DNA of 60,769 nt, the filler included. It is 3 parts of 3 records of this genome, joined end to end, with 100 filler letters (N's around TTAATTAATTAA, not from the genome) between each part and the next. Parts side by side here need not be neighbours in the genome. Positions count along the whole stretch, not along the records: positions 37,482 to 60,769 come from SRR22947727_378; 2 more parts are not named here. The stretch is one strand, 5' to 3'. Of the stretch, positions 49,212-60,598 are shown piece by piece. The notes beneath the pieces were generated by a model. The model did not search any database. It saw nothing but the letters and a program-made list of their open reading frames with translations, and was not told the origin of the DNA. Position numbers and translations under genes: made by a program. Each line of letters begins with the position of its first letter. Position 1 is the first letter of the stretch.

Positions 49212-51287
49212 CTACAATTGGGATAGCTCGCCGAAATCAAATGCCGCTTCTTCGCGCTGGCTACTGGTGAATCCGCTCGTGGTGGCGTGCCACGCACCCT
49301 GTACATCAGACGGCGCGAGAGAGCTCGTGGTGTTGGCGGTGGCCGTGGTGGTCGTGGTGGTCGTCGTGGTGGGGGAGGTAATGGGCGTCGACTTGAAAAA
49401 GTCGTCGAGTACCGGTGGCTTGGCTGCCTTTGACATCGACATTGACATTGGGGTTGACATCTGAGATGACATCGGTCCGTTGTTCGGCGGGGACTGCTTG
49501 GCCGGGTGAGGCAGGCCCAGGTCCACGGCAGCAAAGGGGTCTAGGGGAGCCGGCGACGTTCCTGAGTTAGGCACGGCAGCGGGACTTGTCGGTACCGGGC
49601 TCGCCTTTTCTACTCCCAGCCAATCTCCAAACGGATCGCTCGGCTTGGACTGAACGCCTGGCCCCGCGCTGATCAACCCGGCTACAGGCGAATTTGGCTC
49701 GGATGGGGTGGTCCTCTCTATTTCGCCGGCGACAGTGGACCCGAGACCGGCGTCGCTGACGTCAAGCGCATCCAAAAGACTCGAAAGATGGCTTTCGCCG
49801 GTCGTACTCGCCCCGTTCGTGATCCCGTGCGTGGGGGAGACCCCAGAGCCATCAATGCCAGCCAGATCTTCCAGGCCGTCCATGCACAGCAGATCAATCG
49901 TCGCCCCAGATGCGTCTCCAGGAACACGCTCATCACCACTTTGGCCGGCTCGTGCGTCCCCTGCTACCGACGACGTTCCCACAGCAGGGCGACAGGGGAC
50001 ACCCATCCGTCCCAGGACAGAAACCGCCTTGCTCTTCACCCGTTCCTGTGCCGAATCAGATGCCCGTTGCAACGACACTGGGTGCTCCTTAAAATACGTC
50101 ACGATGCATGAAACCGCGGGCGTCCCGCTGATGCCGCCTCCCGTTGCTGCCACGTCAAGGACACACAGCGCGCGCAGTACTTCCTTCCAGGTCCCGTGCG
50201 CAACCGTCCGTTCGAACGCCTTCGCCAGCGGTAAGGAGCCGTGTCCCACGCAGCTAGTCAGAAATTTGGTGCATTCGTCCACCGTCGGCGCCACGCGGAC
50301 ACCTTGCGACTTGGCCACGAACTGCTGAACCAGTCGTTCCTCTGGCCCCTGCAAGGCGGACGCTTTCCTGGCGGATCCGCCAGACGCCGCATTCGATGCA
50401 TTTGATGCACTTGACATCGGTGTCATGGCATTTCTCGTCGAGTGGGAAGTATATCCGTGCTCCTCGAACGCATCCACATCAATCTGGGGCCGCGCCGGCG
50501 GACTGTACGTTGATCGGTACCCGCTCGCCTCCGGGGACCCCGTTGCTCCCTTCCCCGTATACGCGCCGGCATACTCTCCGAGTCCTGCTGCGCCCGCCAA
50601 CGCCGCGCTCTTCAACTCGCTCAGACCCATCGCCAGCTTGGCCCCAAACGGCATGTTCTGCACATCGCCAGGATCATGCTCAAGCGCATTCGAAGGACCC
50701 CGGGCACTTTTACTTCCAAATCCCTCGTACCGACGGCTCGTAGACGTAGCACTACCGCCCGTGGTCCAACCAGACCCCGCCCCGTCACTCCCAAAGCCCT
50801 CCATTGGCTTCCCTCCCAACGATGACATGGACAAGTTGCCTCGGGAGCTCCAATCGCCACTGCCCTGCACCCCACCCTCCTTCACCCCGTGTATTGCCTC
50901 AAGAGCCTCCTTGGCATACTCCTGAACCCGCTTCCACGGCACGTCGCCCTTGAACGCGTCCGGCGCACACCGGTACGTCTGCAGCTCTTTGATTTGCCCA
51001 CTCAGCCGCACCAGCGCCCGTTGGAGCTCGGCCGACCCCTTGAGGGACATGTGCTTGATCAACTTTAGCGCCTTTTGCTTCGTCAACGTCGACCGGAACT
51101 GGAGCCTCTGCTCCAGGCAGTCGACCGCGTCGTCTACGTTTTTCCGGTTCGAGCCAATCGCATTTGTGACCTCGTCCAGGACCCAGGGCGGGGTGGGCTC
51201 GTCGTTCAGCGGCAGTGTCGCCTCCTCTATCTTCAGCTTGAGCTGGACAGTGTGTACGTACGACACCAGCTTTGAGGGGAGTGTCAT
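49212..51287 (-). CDS. ENTH/VHS-domain protein (tepsin/MTV1-like)
   Basis: EEAT...[22 protein letters not shown]; disordered tail with DLL, DPF and DDFF adaptor motifs. Confidence 0.75.
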   Translation of the reverse strand: MTLPSKLVSYVHTVQLKLKIEEATLPLNDEPTPPWVLDEVTNAIGSNRKNVDDAVDCLEQRLQFRSTLTKQKALKLIKHMSLKGSAELQRALVRLSGQIKELQTYRCAPDAFKGDVPWKRVQEYAKEALEAIHGVKEGGVQGSGDWSSRGNLSMSSLGGKPMEGFGSDGAGSGWTTGGSATSTSRRYEGFGSKSARGPSNALEHDPGDVQNMPFGAKLAMGLSELKSAALAGAAGLGEYAGAYTGKGATGSPEASGYRSTYSPPARPQIDVDAFEEHGYTSHSTRNAMTPMSSASNASNAASGGSARKASALQGPEERLVQQFVAKSQGVRVAPTVDECTKFLTSCVGHGSLPLAKAFERTVAHGTWKEVLRALCVLDVAATGGGISGTPAVSCIVTYFKEHPVSLQRASDSAQERVKSKAVSVLGRMGVPCRPAVGTSSVAGDARAGQSGDERVPGDASGATIDLLCMDGLEDLAGIDGSGVSPTHGITNGASTTGESHLSSLLDALDVSDAGLGSTVAGEIERTTPSEPNSPVAGLISAGPGVQSKPSDPFGDWLGVEKASPVPTSPAAVPNSGTSPAPLDPFAAVDLGLPHPAKQSPPNNGPMSSQMSTPMSMSMSKAAKPPVLDDFFKSTPITSPTTTTTTTTTATANTTSSLAPSDVQGAWHATTSGFTSSQREEAAFDFGELSQL

Positions 51288-51357
51288 TTTTATTTCAAAA
51301 TAAAAACTGACTTGGTTTTCGCACCTAAGGCACCTCACCTGCCCGGCGCACTGATTG

Positions 51358-52035
51358 ATGGCGTCTCAAGATGGGGAGGGGCACGGGGGAACGGCGCGCG
51401 GGGTGCCCGACCACCCGGCGACGTTGCCCTGCATCAACACGAACGACCGGAATTCCTCACTACCAGCAGTGGCGCTCGCTGAGGCGTCTACATCACAGCA
51501 ATACGTGACGCAGCCATCGCAGACGGTACCGGCGTTCGGCGTGACCACCGACCTGGACATGAAACAGTCGTCAAACAAGCGCAAAGTAGCATGCGGTGGA
51601 CTGGGCGTGCCAGACTGGGTGTTGTATGATGCTGATATAGTCGACAACGTGGCCAAGACCCGGCGATTCACGTCTGAATGCATTTCGGACGATCTCGTGA
51701 GTCGCTTGGCCATGTCCATGTCGGAGGATGGGAACGAGGCAGCGGCGCGTCCGCAGTCCTGCCTGGTGCCGTCGCCAAGCCCGCAGAGCAAGCACACAAG
51801 GCCCATAGGGCCGTGCCCTGCGTCATTTTCTACTCCCACCAAATCAAAACGAGAAGCCATCTCCAACTCTTTGTTGGCGCAGTCGGCGGTTCCGGCCAAG
51901 TTGTTCGAGGCGGAACTGACTGTGACGACTTCTCCGAGCGACGTGCTGATGCACGGCGGTGGTGAGCTGCGCAAGACCGCCCTCGTCCGGCTCGCGCTTC
52001 GAAACAGCCGGCACACGGATGAGATGGATTCATGA
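51358..52035 (+). CDS. Hypothetical low-complexity protein
   Basis: 225-aa ORF filling the gap between ENTH and TRM6; no family recognised. Confidence 0.55.
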   Translation: MASQDGEGHGGTARGVPDHPATLPCINTNDRNSSLPAVALAEASTSQQYVTQPSQTVPAFGVTTDLDMKQSSNKRKVACGGLGVPDWVLYDADIVDNVAKTRRFTSECISDDLVSRLAMSMSEDGNEAAARPQSCLVPSPSPQSKHTRPIGPCPASFSTPTKSKREAISNSLLAQSAVPAKLFEAELTVTTSPSDVLMHGGGELRKTALVRLALRNSRHTDEMDS

Positions 52036-52076
52036 GTGAGGGAACAGATTGTAGTATTCACTTCTTGTTTCAAATG

Positions 52077-53465
52077 CTAAACATTGGCACGAAACTGCCT
52101 CAAGTCGATCCACCTCCCCCGTTTGGTGACAGTCCCGGAGAGGATATAGCCGCCGCCGTGGTTCATATTCATGTCGGGATGTGTGCGCTTCGGGAGGACC
52201 TGGATGTCTCGCTGCCACGGCTCGTCGATGGTCGTCGCCACGGCAAATCCCCGGACTCGGAGGAGGTTCATTGTGTCCACAAGCGGCTGGAGGGATGGAG
52301 ACACGACAGCGAAGGACGCAGAGGGGGCCATGAGCGGCATCGTGGAGAGCAAAAGGGACTTTTGGGAGTAGTTGGTGGCAGTGATGATGACACTCGTGAA
52401 CAAACCCGGTCGTGGGTCTCTCTCCCCGCTGCCGCCATCCTCCCTTTGCTCCTCCTTGCCCTCCTCCATTTGATCCTCCTTCTCCTCCTTTTCCTTTCCG
52501 TCATCGTCCTCGCCGCGGCCTTCCATCTGTTCCCTCGCGAACCGCTTCCCCGCGTATGTAAAGTGCGCCCGGGGATCATCCAACCCCTTGACCTCCTCGA
52601 GAAGGCTCCCTAGAGACCTGGTCGACAGCACCCCACGCACCCACGAATTAAACCCAAACCCATCCAAAATGCCAAGGTTGGGCGGATTCTTCCCCACATG
52701 TCCGACACAACACGCACCGTACCCACCAAGACGCTCCATCACCGCCCCAGCCACGAGCCCCGCTGACTGCTCGATTACCAGCACCCGCTGGTACGCCCCG
52801 ACATTCGCCAAACACAACGCCATGGCCAAAGCATCCGGCCGCAGATGACCGATGCGCTTAATGTGTTTCGAACTCTTGTAGTATGCCTCGGAAATCGTCT
52901 TTGCCGTCGGCCGCCGTGCGCAACCCACCAACACGTGCTTCCGTTCCTTCTTCTGCCGAAACTTTTTCTGTGCCAACACCGTCTTGTCCTCGAACGTACC
53001 CGAGCTGCCCTCGATCGTCTTCACCAATGTCTCCCCCCGCACGCCTTGCTCCTGCAGCTTGACCACATCAAGCGTCGACCCCCGGTCCTGCTGTCGGTTC
53101 CCGCACCCCGGCCGCTCCTCTTCTAGACGTGCAAAGTCGTGGTCATCCTGCTTCCACTCGTTCGGCGGAACCTTGTACGGCACCGGTCTCAACGTATCCG
53201 TCCCTTCTTCGATCTTGAACAGTGTCCCGTAAGGGTGACCCATCAGTGCAGACGTCGGTATCCGTATTCGGCCCATTTCGAACGAGGCCGAGCTCGAGAC
53301 CCGGTCGATAAACTGGACCTTGAAGCCGTGATTGATGTCAAATACCACGCTGTTTCCCTCTTTGATGATTGAATCGTCGTCATCGGGAGCATTTGCGGCG
53401 GTCTCGGGTGCCCGATGCTGTGCTGCGCGTTCCTCCATGTCGTTCTCCAGCTGCATGTCATGCAT
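52077..53465 (-). CDS. TRM6: tRNA m1A58 methyltransferase non-catalytic subunit
   Basis: TFEDKT..QKKF..KK, LRPDALA, EPWQRDIQVLPKRTHPDM...GGYILSG. Confidence 0.9.
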   Translation of the reverse strand: MHDMQLENDMEERAAQHRAPETAANAPDDDDSIIKEGNSVVFDINHGFKVQFIDRVSSSASFEMGRIRIPTSALMGHPYGTLFKIEEGTDTLRPVPYKVPPNEWKQDDHDFARLEEERPGCGNRQQDRGSTLDVVKLQEQGVRGETLVKTIEGSSGTFEDKTVLAQKKFRQKKERKHVLVGCARRPTAKTISEAYYKSSKHIKRIGHLRPDALAMALCLANVGAYQRVLVIEQSAGLVAGAVMERLGGYGACCVGHVGKNPPNLGILDGFGFNSWVRGVLSTRSLGSLLEEVKGLDDPRAHFTYAGKRFAREQMEGRGEDDDGKEKEEKEDQMEEGKEEQREDGGSGERDPRPGLFTSVIITATNYSQKSLLLSTMPLMAPSASFAVVSPSLQPLVDTMNLLRVRGFAVATTIDEPWQRDIQVLPKRTHPDMNMNHGGGYILSGTVTKRGRWIDLRQFRANV

Positions 53466-53629
53466 CGGCCAGGAAGCATGTGCGAGTGTGATTCGTTTCT
53501 CCTTTCAGAAGGCAGAACTGAAGACGTAAATATAGTCGTCGAGACGGCCGCACTCTACACAGTCGCGTGGAAGTCTCAATTGTAATTCCTCGGAGCTCTC
53601 TAATTAGAGAGCCCTAGTAATACATGTTA

Positions 53630-54835
53630 TCAGAACAGCATCTTTTCCAGCAGCTCGTCCTCGTCGGCCTCGTATCCGGCCTTGAACAGTGCCCGCTTGT
53701 CCCACACCTGGTTATCCGCCTCCCCGGCACCACCGTCACCGTCACCGTCCACGACAAACGCCATCTCCCTCATGACCCCCGTCAACGTACACACCTCGGC
53801 CAACCCATCCCCATCGTTCCCATTTCCCATCCGCCGCACGTACGCACAGCTGCCATCACAGCGGTGCAACCGACCGCACACACGACACACGTATGCCGTA
53901 TGCCCAATCTTATCAAACGCACACTCGTGTCTCGCACTGCCTTTTGCTCGCTCCCCTTCCCTGGCTTCCCCTTCCTCCCCCTCTCCTTCTCCCGCTCCAC
54001 AACGCGCGTCATTTGTCGGGATGTTGTGCTCAGCCATGTACCGCGCCAGCCGCTCGGACGACCCCCGGAATGATGCCTGCTGTCTATCCACATGACCGCC
54101 GCCCCGAACATTCTCTGTCCCGGGAAGCACCATGGAACTCTGATGCACCACGCACACCTCCTCCGAATCCCAGTCCCGCACTGCCACCTCCCGCCACCCC
54201 TTTGCCATTTCCACAAACAACGTACTCGCACCCCCCACCAACTCTTCCAACTCGCCCGCATCCTCCCGAATGTACAAATCCTTCCAAGAGGTGATGTCCA
54301 CCCCGTCATCTTCATGCGATGCCAGCTTGATCCCGTCCAGCACGCGCCGACCCGACGGCCAACGCTCGTAGTACAGACACCGCCACAGCGGTTGCGAAGA
54401 ACACAGACGCTTGAAGGTCGTGCAAGCGCAAGAGAGGGAGAGTAGGTCAGCTGGAGACAGCCGCGTGACGATTTTCTCCAGACAGTCTTGCGGTAGGTCG
54501 GTCACGTTTAGGGTATGGGTTTGGTCGGAGGAGGCGACGATTAGGTTGCCACCGTCTCGTCGCTCTGGTTCTCTTTCCTGCTGTCCTTCACTTCTGTCGT
54601 CATGTTCCCTGCCATCACCCACCGTACCACCACGTGAACGTGAACAAGCACGTGAACGAGGACGTGAACGAGACGACGCCTCCAAGTCGCCAGCATCGTC
54701 GTCATCAACAAGACCACGACGCTTCAGACCCCGACGCTCGCCAGCGCACGCCTCCTGTTCAAGTGCCACACCTAAAAGATCCTCCAATTCATCCAAACAC
54801 CCCGACGAAGACCGCGTCTCGCCCGTGCCAACCAT
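53630..54835 (-). CDS. F-box protein with Cys/His-rich C-terminus (SKIP31-like)
   Basis: LPQDCLEKIVTRLSPADLLSLSCAC F-box; VCRVCGRLHRCDGSC...VCTLTG. Confidence 0.78.
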   Translation of the reverse strand: MVGTGETRSSSGCLDELEDLLGVALEQEACAGERRGLKRRGLVDDDDAGDLEASSRSRPRSRACSRSRGGTVGDGREHDDRSEGQQEREPERRDGGNLIVASSDQTHTLNVTDLPQDCLEKIVTRLSPADLLSLSCACTTFKRLCSSQPLWRCLYYERWPSGRRVLDGIKLASHEDDGVDITSWKDLYIREDAGELEELVGGASTLFVEMAKGWREVAVRDWDSEEVCVVHQSSMVLPGTENVRGGGHVDRQQASFRGSSERLARYMAEHNIPTNDARCGAGEGEGEEGEAREGERAKGSARHECAFDKIGHTAYVCRVCGRLHRCDGSCAYVRRMGNGNDGDGLAEVCTLTGVMREMAFVVDGDGDGGAGEADNQVWDKRALFKAGYEADEDELLEKMLF

Positions 54836-54931
54836 TGCCAGATATTTTCGAAAAAGCGGCGCGTCTCCGGCTCCCAATCTCCATTCCTATCCTTTGGTCT
54901 TCCCGACACCCGACCCCGCACGGTTCATTCG

Positions 54932-55744
54932 ATGTACTCTATCATGCAGAACCAGGTGCACGGCCGGAAGTGGGAGAAACGCGGCCAGGATGAGGCCGAA
55001 AATTTCCGAAACGAGGCGAACGGTGCTCGACGCGTTGAAAACCCCCAACACGTCGAAGAAGATGCCGTAGAACTCCTGCAATATCTCGCTCGACACCCCT
55101 CCATTGACGCAGACGCGCTTGCGGGGGCGCTATCCTCCACTCATGAAATTTCGGCCCGTGAAGACGGTAACCGCCAACACTCGGCCCCACTCCCGTCGGG
55201 GAGGGGGGTGGTGGCACCGCCGTCTAAAGATTCCAAAAATCACGGTGGTGGTCGGAAGAATCAACCTGTTCCGCCCGTGACGTGCTCCATGGAGCCAACC
55301 ACCCCACCGTCCACCTTTGCTCCTCTCTCTGGGGACAACGGGAATACCAGCACGAATACCAGTACGAGCAACACCGGCAAAGAGCAGCGACGAGAGCACC
55401 GCATGCAGGAGAAGATACAGCAGCATCTGCGGGTCACCACCACGCTTCCCCACGCGCAGTTTCTCACCGCGCCGCACATGAGAACCGGTAGGGGGGGCCG
55501 GAAACCCAGTGTGGATCCGAGGATGGATCCCAATATTGATCCGAAGAAGGCGAAGCGGATTCTGGCCAACCGCTTGTCCGCCGCGAAGAGCACGCTGAAG
55601 AAGAAGGTGCGTGCGGAGCTCCTGGGGTCGAGGATTGAAAAGCTGTTGCGCGAGCGGGATGGCTTGGAGGTTGAAGTTGCAGAGCTGGAGATGAGGTTCA
55701 CGGCCGCACTACAGGTTAACGCGCAGTTGATGGATAGGATGTGA
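54932..55744 (+). CDS. bZIP transcription factor (plant group I/VIP1-like basic region)
   Basis: DPKKAKRILANRLSAAKS followed by heptad leucines. Confidence 0.8.
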   Translation: MYSIMQNQVHGRKWEKRGQDEAENFRNEANGARRVENPQHVEEDAVELLQYLARHPSIDADALAGALSSTHEISAREDGNRQHSAPLPSGRGVVAPPSKDSKNHGGGRKNQPVPPVTCSMEPTTPPSTFAPLSGDNGNTSTNTSTSNTGKEQRREHRMQEKIQQHLRVTTTLPHAQFLTAPHMRTGRGGRKPSVDPRMDPNIDPKKAKRILANRLSAAKSTLKKKVRAELLGSRIEKLLRERDGLEVEVAELEMRFTAALQVNAQLMDRM

Positions 55745-56354
55745 CGGATATGATACCGAATACTGGGAGGACATGATTGATACTGTACATAGAAAACAAT
55801 TGTAGTACTACACACCCACTCGTGGGAAAAAAACCTGCAACTGCAAGAATCTTGGACGCGTCCTTTTCCAGAAACTCGACGTGCGACGACAGAATTATCT
55901 ACCTGCGACCCGGTGTCATCGGCATTTTTAGTACTTATTTTCTAGAGTTATAACCAGTGATTAAGAACAAAAAGAGCAACGGAAGCGTTCGGCACGACGA
56001 GCACTGGGAGTTACTCGAAGTTTGACAACTTACAAAACGTCGGACAGAATCACAGCGCCCACGCTGAATTTCCAGGGTGTGGCTTCTGCTGGCCGGTACG
56101 TTTCGCGTGTGTATTCATTTCGTGAATAAAGTTACGGCGGTGATGGTATTAGTGGTGGTCGTGGTCGTGGTCGTGGCGTTGGTGGCAGTCGTGGACCGGG
56201 CGGGCCGGGCTCGGTCGTGGGAACAGATACTGTCGTTTTCTCTCTTGCTCTCCGGTCTCCGTCTCACACTCATTCCTTGACGATGCTTGTAGGTAGGTGA
56301 GGTATACGTGTATACGCCCACACGTGCATACACGCGAGGATACCACAGGAAACG

Positions 56355-58499
56355 ATGACGACAAACGCAGACAGCGTCAATGCCAACAACCTGATTGACG
56401 CGGGGAGTCCACCTGGCGATATTCTTCATCGTGACAGCGGTCAGAGTACGATGAGTAGTAAGGATAACAATGGCGCAATGGATCAGCTGTTGAAGCGGGA
56501 GGGGATGGGTCGGTCGTCTTCGGGAAACGTGAATAATGAGGTGGGGGCGACGAACACGACGCTGCAGGCGGCGGTTTCGTTAAACCCATCGACACAGAGC
56601 TTTGAGACGACGTACCAGCCTCTCGAACCGATGAGTGGCCAAGTGGGGTCGATCATGATGGGCGAGAGGACTGCCGTGCCGGGAACAACAGTGGCGGCGG
56701 CAACAGGTGACCGCTCGCAGAAGCAGCACCCGCAGCAGTACCACCCGGTAGAGTCGAGGATTGTGTCTGTGTCGGGGATCGACCCGTCGACGCCAGACGC
56801 CATGATCCTCCAAGAGTTTGAGTACTTTGGTGATGTCCACTCCATTCATTCGGAGAACAACGTGGCACACGCACTCACGCAGCACGTGGTGATAATCTAT
56901 CACGATATTCGTGCGGCAAGGCTCGCAATGACGTCGTCTGGCACGTTGTGGCGAGGGCAGCGGCTGTCGTGCAGGATGTTGGACGAGGGGCTGGGCCGTA
57001 AGGCGTACAATGCGCCGCTAACGGCGTTGTATCTAGTGTCTCTGGAGTACAATGGAGGAGTCGAGTATAGTGCGCCGAACGGCGGGAATGGCGGGGTCCT
57101 GGATGATATATTCTGTTTATTGTCGGCGTATGGGGAGCTGAAGGAGTTGAGACGGGATGTGCACTCAAGGCACGACTGCTGCGTGGCAGAGTTTTTCGAC
57201 AGCCGGCACGCGTCGATGGCGTTCCGTAGTTTGAAGTCCGTGGAAGGGCTGCGATCGCGGCTGTTGGTGCTGGATGCGTGGGATATCGTGGGTGGAGCCG
57301 GGCCAGTCGGTGGTCATCAGTGGACGCAGCAGCAGCCCATGGTGCATTCGGCGTCGACGCCGGCGTGGACGAGTTTCAGCCACCCACCGCAGAATTATGG
57401 TGGACATTTCGGGACGCAGCGGTCGAGTACGCAGACGCTCGCGCAGCAGTCTGTGGATGATGTGCTGACGAAGAACCTGTCAGAGATGTCGTTGGAGAGC
57501 ATGCCCGGGTTCGGTAACCATCCGTCGTACTCGAGTCTGCAGCAGGCGTCTTTGGATCAGATTTGGAAAGACCCAGGCGGCAGTGTGAATCACCCGAGCC
57601 ACTCGTCGTCCCCGCCGCCCCAATCGTCGTCGCTCTTCGGGGGAGGTGGTGGTGGTGGTTTGGCCAACCACCAGAATATTCTGGCCGCGCTGCAGGCGCA
57701 GCAGCGTGTGGCACTCCAAACACAGCAAATACAGGCGCAGAATAGTGCGGCTATTCAGTTGGCGCTGGGCAGTGTTGGTGGGCCCTCGGTGGGAAGGAAC
57801 CCGATCGGTGGGTCCGCCCAGCACATGCGAGAGCTGGGCGGGCAACAGCCACAGTATGGTCGTATTGGCGCCAACATTGCAAGTGAGCGTCGTAACCAGT
57901 CCGACCCGGCCCTGGGTGGGAGATTGGCCCGGAACAAGATGAACCCTGCTGCAGAGGCAGAGCGCCGGGCTCATCAGGATCGGATGTACGGGTTGAACTT
58001 GAAGAAGATCGCGATGGGCGAGGATAAGCGAACGACGCTAATGATCAAGAACATCCCGAACAAGTACACGCAAAAGATGCTGCTGGCGCTGTTGGAGGAG
58101 CGGTTCGCCGGGATTTACCCGTTCCCGTTCGACTTCTTCTACCTGCCAATCGACTTCAAGAACAAGTGCAATGTCGGGTATGCGTTCATCAACATGACCA
58201 GCCCGCATGCCATTCCGGCGCTCGTTGAGGACTTTCAGGGGAAGAGGTGGCCGAAATTCAACTCTGAGAAGGTGTGCGCCATTGCATACGGGAGGATCCA
58301 GGGCAAGCTGTCGTTGATCCAGCACTTTCAGAATTCGTCCCTTTTGCACGAGGACAAGCGCTGCCGCCCCGTGTTATTCAACCCCAGCGGAGAGGTTGAG
58401 CCGTTCCCCATCGGACCGGCTGCCCTCGCCAACTTCAGTCATATGCGGCACACCGCTGACTTGTCCAGCGGAGAAGGTCAGTCGCCAGCGGCGCACTGA
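56355..58499 (+). CDS. Mei2-like RRM RNA-binding protein
   Basis: RRM3 EDKRTTLMIKNIPNKYTQKM, YLPIDFKNKCNVGYAFIN, FNSEKVC; two N-terminal RRMs. Confidence 0.93.
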   Translation: MTTNADSVNANNLIDAGSPPGDILHRDSGQSTMSSKDNNGAMDQLLKREGMGRSSSGNVNNEVGATNTTLQAAVSLNPSTQSFETTYQPLEPMSGQVGSIMMGERTAVPGTTVAAATGDRSQKQHPQQYHPVESRIVSVSGIDPSTPDAMILQEFEYFGDVHSIHSENNVAHALTQHVVIIYHDIRAARLAMTSSGTLWRGQRLSCRMLDEGLGRKAYNAPLTALYLVSLEYNGGVEYSAPNGGNGGVLDDIFCLLSAYGELKELRRDVHSRHDCCVAEFFDSRHASMAFRSLKSVEGLRSRLLVLDAWDIVGGAGPVGGHQWTQQQPMVHSASTPAWTSFSHPPQNYGGHFGTQRSSTQTLAQQSVDDVLTKNLSEMSLESMPGFGNHPSYSSLQQASLDQIWKDPGGSVNHPSHSSSPPPQSSSLFGGGGGGGLANHQNILAALQAQQRVALQTQQIQAQNSAAIQLALGSVGGPSVGRNPIGGSAQHMRELGGQQPQYGRIGANIASERRNQSDPALGGRLARNKMNPAAEAERRAHQDRMYGLNLKKIAMGEDKRTTLMIKNIPNKYTQKMLLALLEERFAGIYPFPFDFFYLPIDFKNKCNVGYAFINMTSPHAIPALVEDFQGKRWPKFNSEKVCAIAYGRIQGKLSLIQHFQNSSLLHEDKRCRPVLFNPSGEVEPFPIGPAALANFSHMRHTADLSSGEGQSPAAH

Positions 58500-58949
58500 C
58501 GCGGAGGATGAATCAACACAACAGATTGATGCCGGCTGGTTGGTTTCAACCGGCATCGAAACACAATACTGCAACACGCTGACGGAACGCAACTTAAACG
58601 AAAAAAACGAGCAAGGAACCCTACAGGAACGAATGTACCATTGCAGTGTGTGGAGCCCTCCGCGAGAGCGCCCACACCTACCAAACCTAGCACATAGCGC
58701 TTTCTTATTCGTCAATCGGCCTATTCTTCAACCAGCGCAATTCTTTTATTTGGACAAGTACTACTGTCACTTTTGTAAAACTGTTCCATCTGACCCCAAC
58801 ACATACCAAGTGCCGCCTGCTGACTCGAGAGGAGTTCTCGAGGACGCCACCCAAGTGAAGGCGCTCTCAGGCCCCGCCGTCTCAAAACCAAAAAAGGATT
58901 CGACGTCTATCACCGAGACTGCTTGTCTATTCATCGAACGCTATTCGAC

Positions 58950-60598
58950 ATGAGGGAGATCGTCCACGTGCAAGTACGTTAGCCAGACGCTCGTCGAGAC
59001 ACCCGAGTGAAAACTTTCAACCGCCCTTCTCACACTCATCGCACGTGACATTGTGTTTTGTAGGCTGGCCAGTGCGGTAACCAGATTGGGGCCAAGTTCT
59101 GGGAGGTACGTTGAGGGCTCGATGGGGGATGATGGTCCCTGACCATGACCGGTCGCGTTTGGTCAAAGACCAACCCCAGCTCTTCGCGCTGTGCACCCCT
59201 TCGGCACCGGATCTCACTACGAAGCTCGCCCACAGGTTGTTTCCGATGAGCATGGAATCGATCCGGCTGGAGAGTACTGCGGCGAGAGCGAGCTGCAGCT
59301 CGACAGGATCAATGTGTACTACAACGAGGCGACGGGGGGACGCTACGTCCCCAGGGCCGTTCTCGTTGACCTGGTGCGGCTTGTTCTCCACGCGCAGTCG
59401 CTGTTCGTCAATATCTCCCATGCTTGATCTTTCTCACAACGCATGATGCTCGATTGTCGCGACCGACTCGAATCCGCAGGAGCCGGGAACCATGGACTCG
59501 GTCAGGGCCGGCCCGTACGGCCAGATCTTCAGGCCCGACAACTTTGTCTTTGGCCAGACCGGCGCCGGAAACAACTGGGCCAAGGGGCATTATACGGAGG
59601 GAGCTGAGCTTGTAGACTCTGTTCTTGACGTCATCAGGAAGGAGGCCGAGAGCTGCGACTGCATCCAGGGATTCCAGCTGTGTCACTCGCTGGGTGGCGG
59701 CACAGGGTCGGGCATGGGCACCTTGCTCATGAGCAAGATGCGTGAGGAGTACCCCGATCGAATGATGATGACCTTCTCTGTCGTTCCGTCTCCGAAGGTG
59801 TCCGACACAGTCGTCGAGCCGTACAACGCCACGCTGTCGGTACACCAGCTGGTCGAGAATGCCGACGAGTGCATGATCCTCGATAACGAGGCTCTGTACG
59901 ACATCTGCTTCAGGACGTTGAAGCTCACCACCCCCACGTTTGGTGATTTGAACCACCTCATCTCCGCGGTCATGTCTGGCATCACCTGCTGCCTGAGGTT
60001 CCCGGGTCAGCTCAACGCTGACCTGCGAAAGTTGGCCACCAACCTGATTCCCTTCCCGAGGCTGCACTTCTTCATGGTCGGGTTCTGTCCTCTGACTTCT
60101 CGTGGAAGTCAGCAGTACAGAAACTTGTCCGTTCCCGAGCTCTCCCAGCAGATGTGGGACGCCAAGAACATGATGTGCGCCGCCGACCCACGCCATGGAC
60201 GCTACCTGACGGCCTCGGCGCTGTTCAGGGGGAGAATGTCCACCAAGGAGGTTGACGAGCAGATGCTGAATGTCCAGAACAAGAACAGCAGTTACTTTGT
60301 CGAGTGGATCCCCAACAACGTCAAGTCCTCCGTGTGCGACATCCCGCCCAAGGGGCTTCGTATGTCGGCGACGTTCATCGGAAACTCGACTGCCGTCCAG
60401 GAGATGTTCCACAGGGTCAGCGAGCAGTTCACGGCCATGTTCCGGCGAAAGGCGTTCTTGCACTGGTATACGGGTGAGGGTATGGACGAGATGGAGTTCA
60501 CTGAGGCCGAGAGCAACATGAACGATCTCGTCTCCGAGTACCAGCAGTACCAGGACGCGACCGCCGAGGAGGAGATCGAGTTCGATGACGAGCTGTAG
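58950..60598 (+). CDS. TUBB: Beta-tubulin; exons 58950-58973, 59064-59105, 59236-59373, 59480-60598
   Basis: [35 protein letters not shown]; three phase-0 GT-AG introns restore a 440-aa protein. Confidence 0.96.

Noticed and set aside
48317-49534. 405-aa S13 ORF with a long N-terminal extension
   Set aside because: Extension reads through an intron and the ENTH gene end; the spliced model gives a normal transit peptide.
59125-59145. ATGATG...CTGA in beta-tubulin intron 2
   Set aside because: Boxes are only a few nt apart, leaving no room for a guide.
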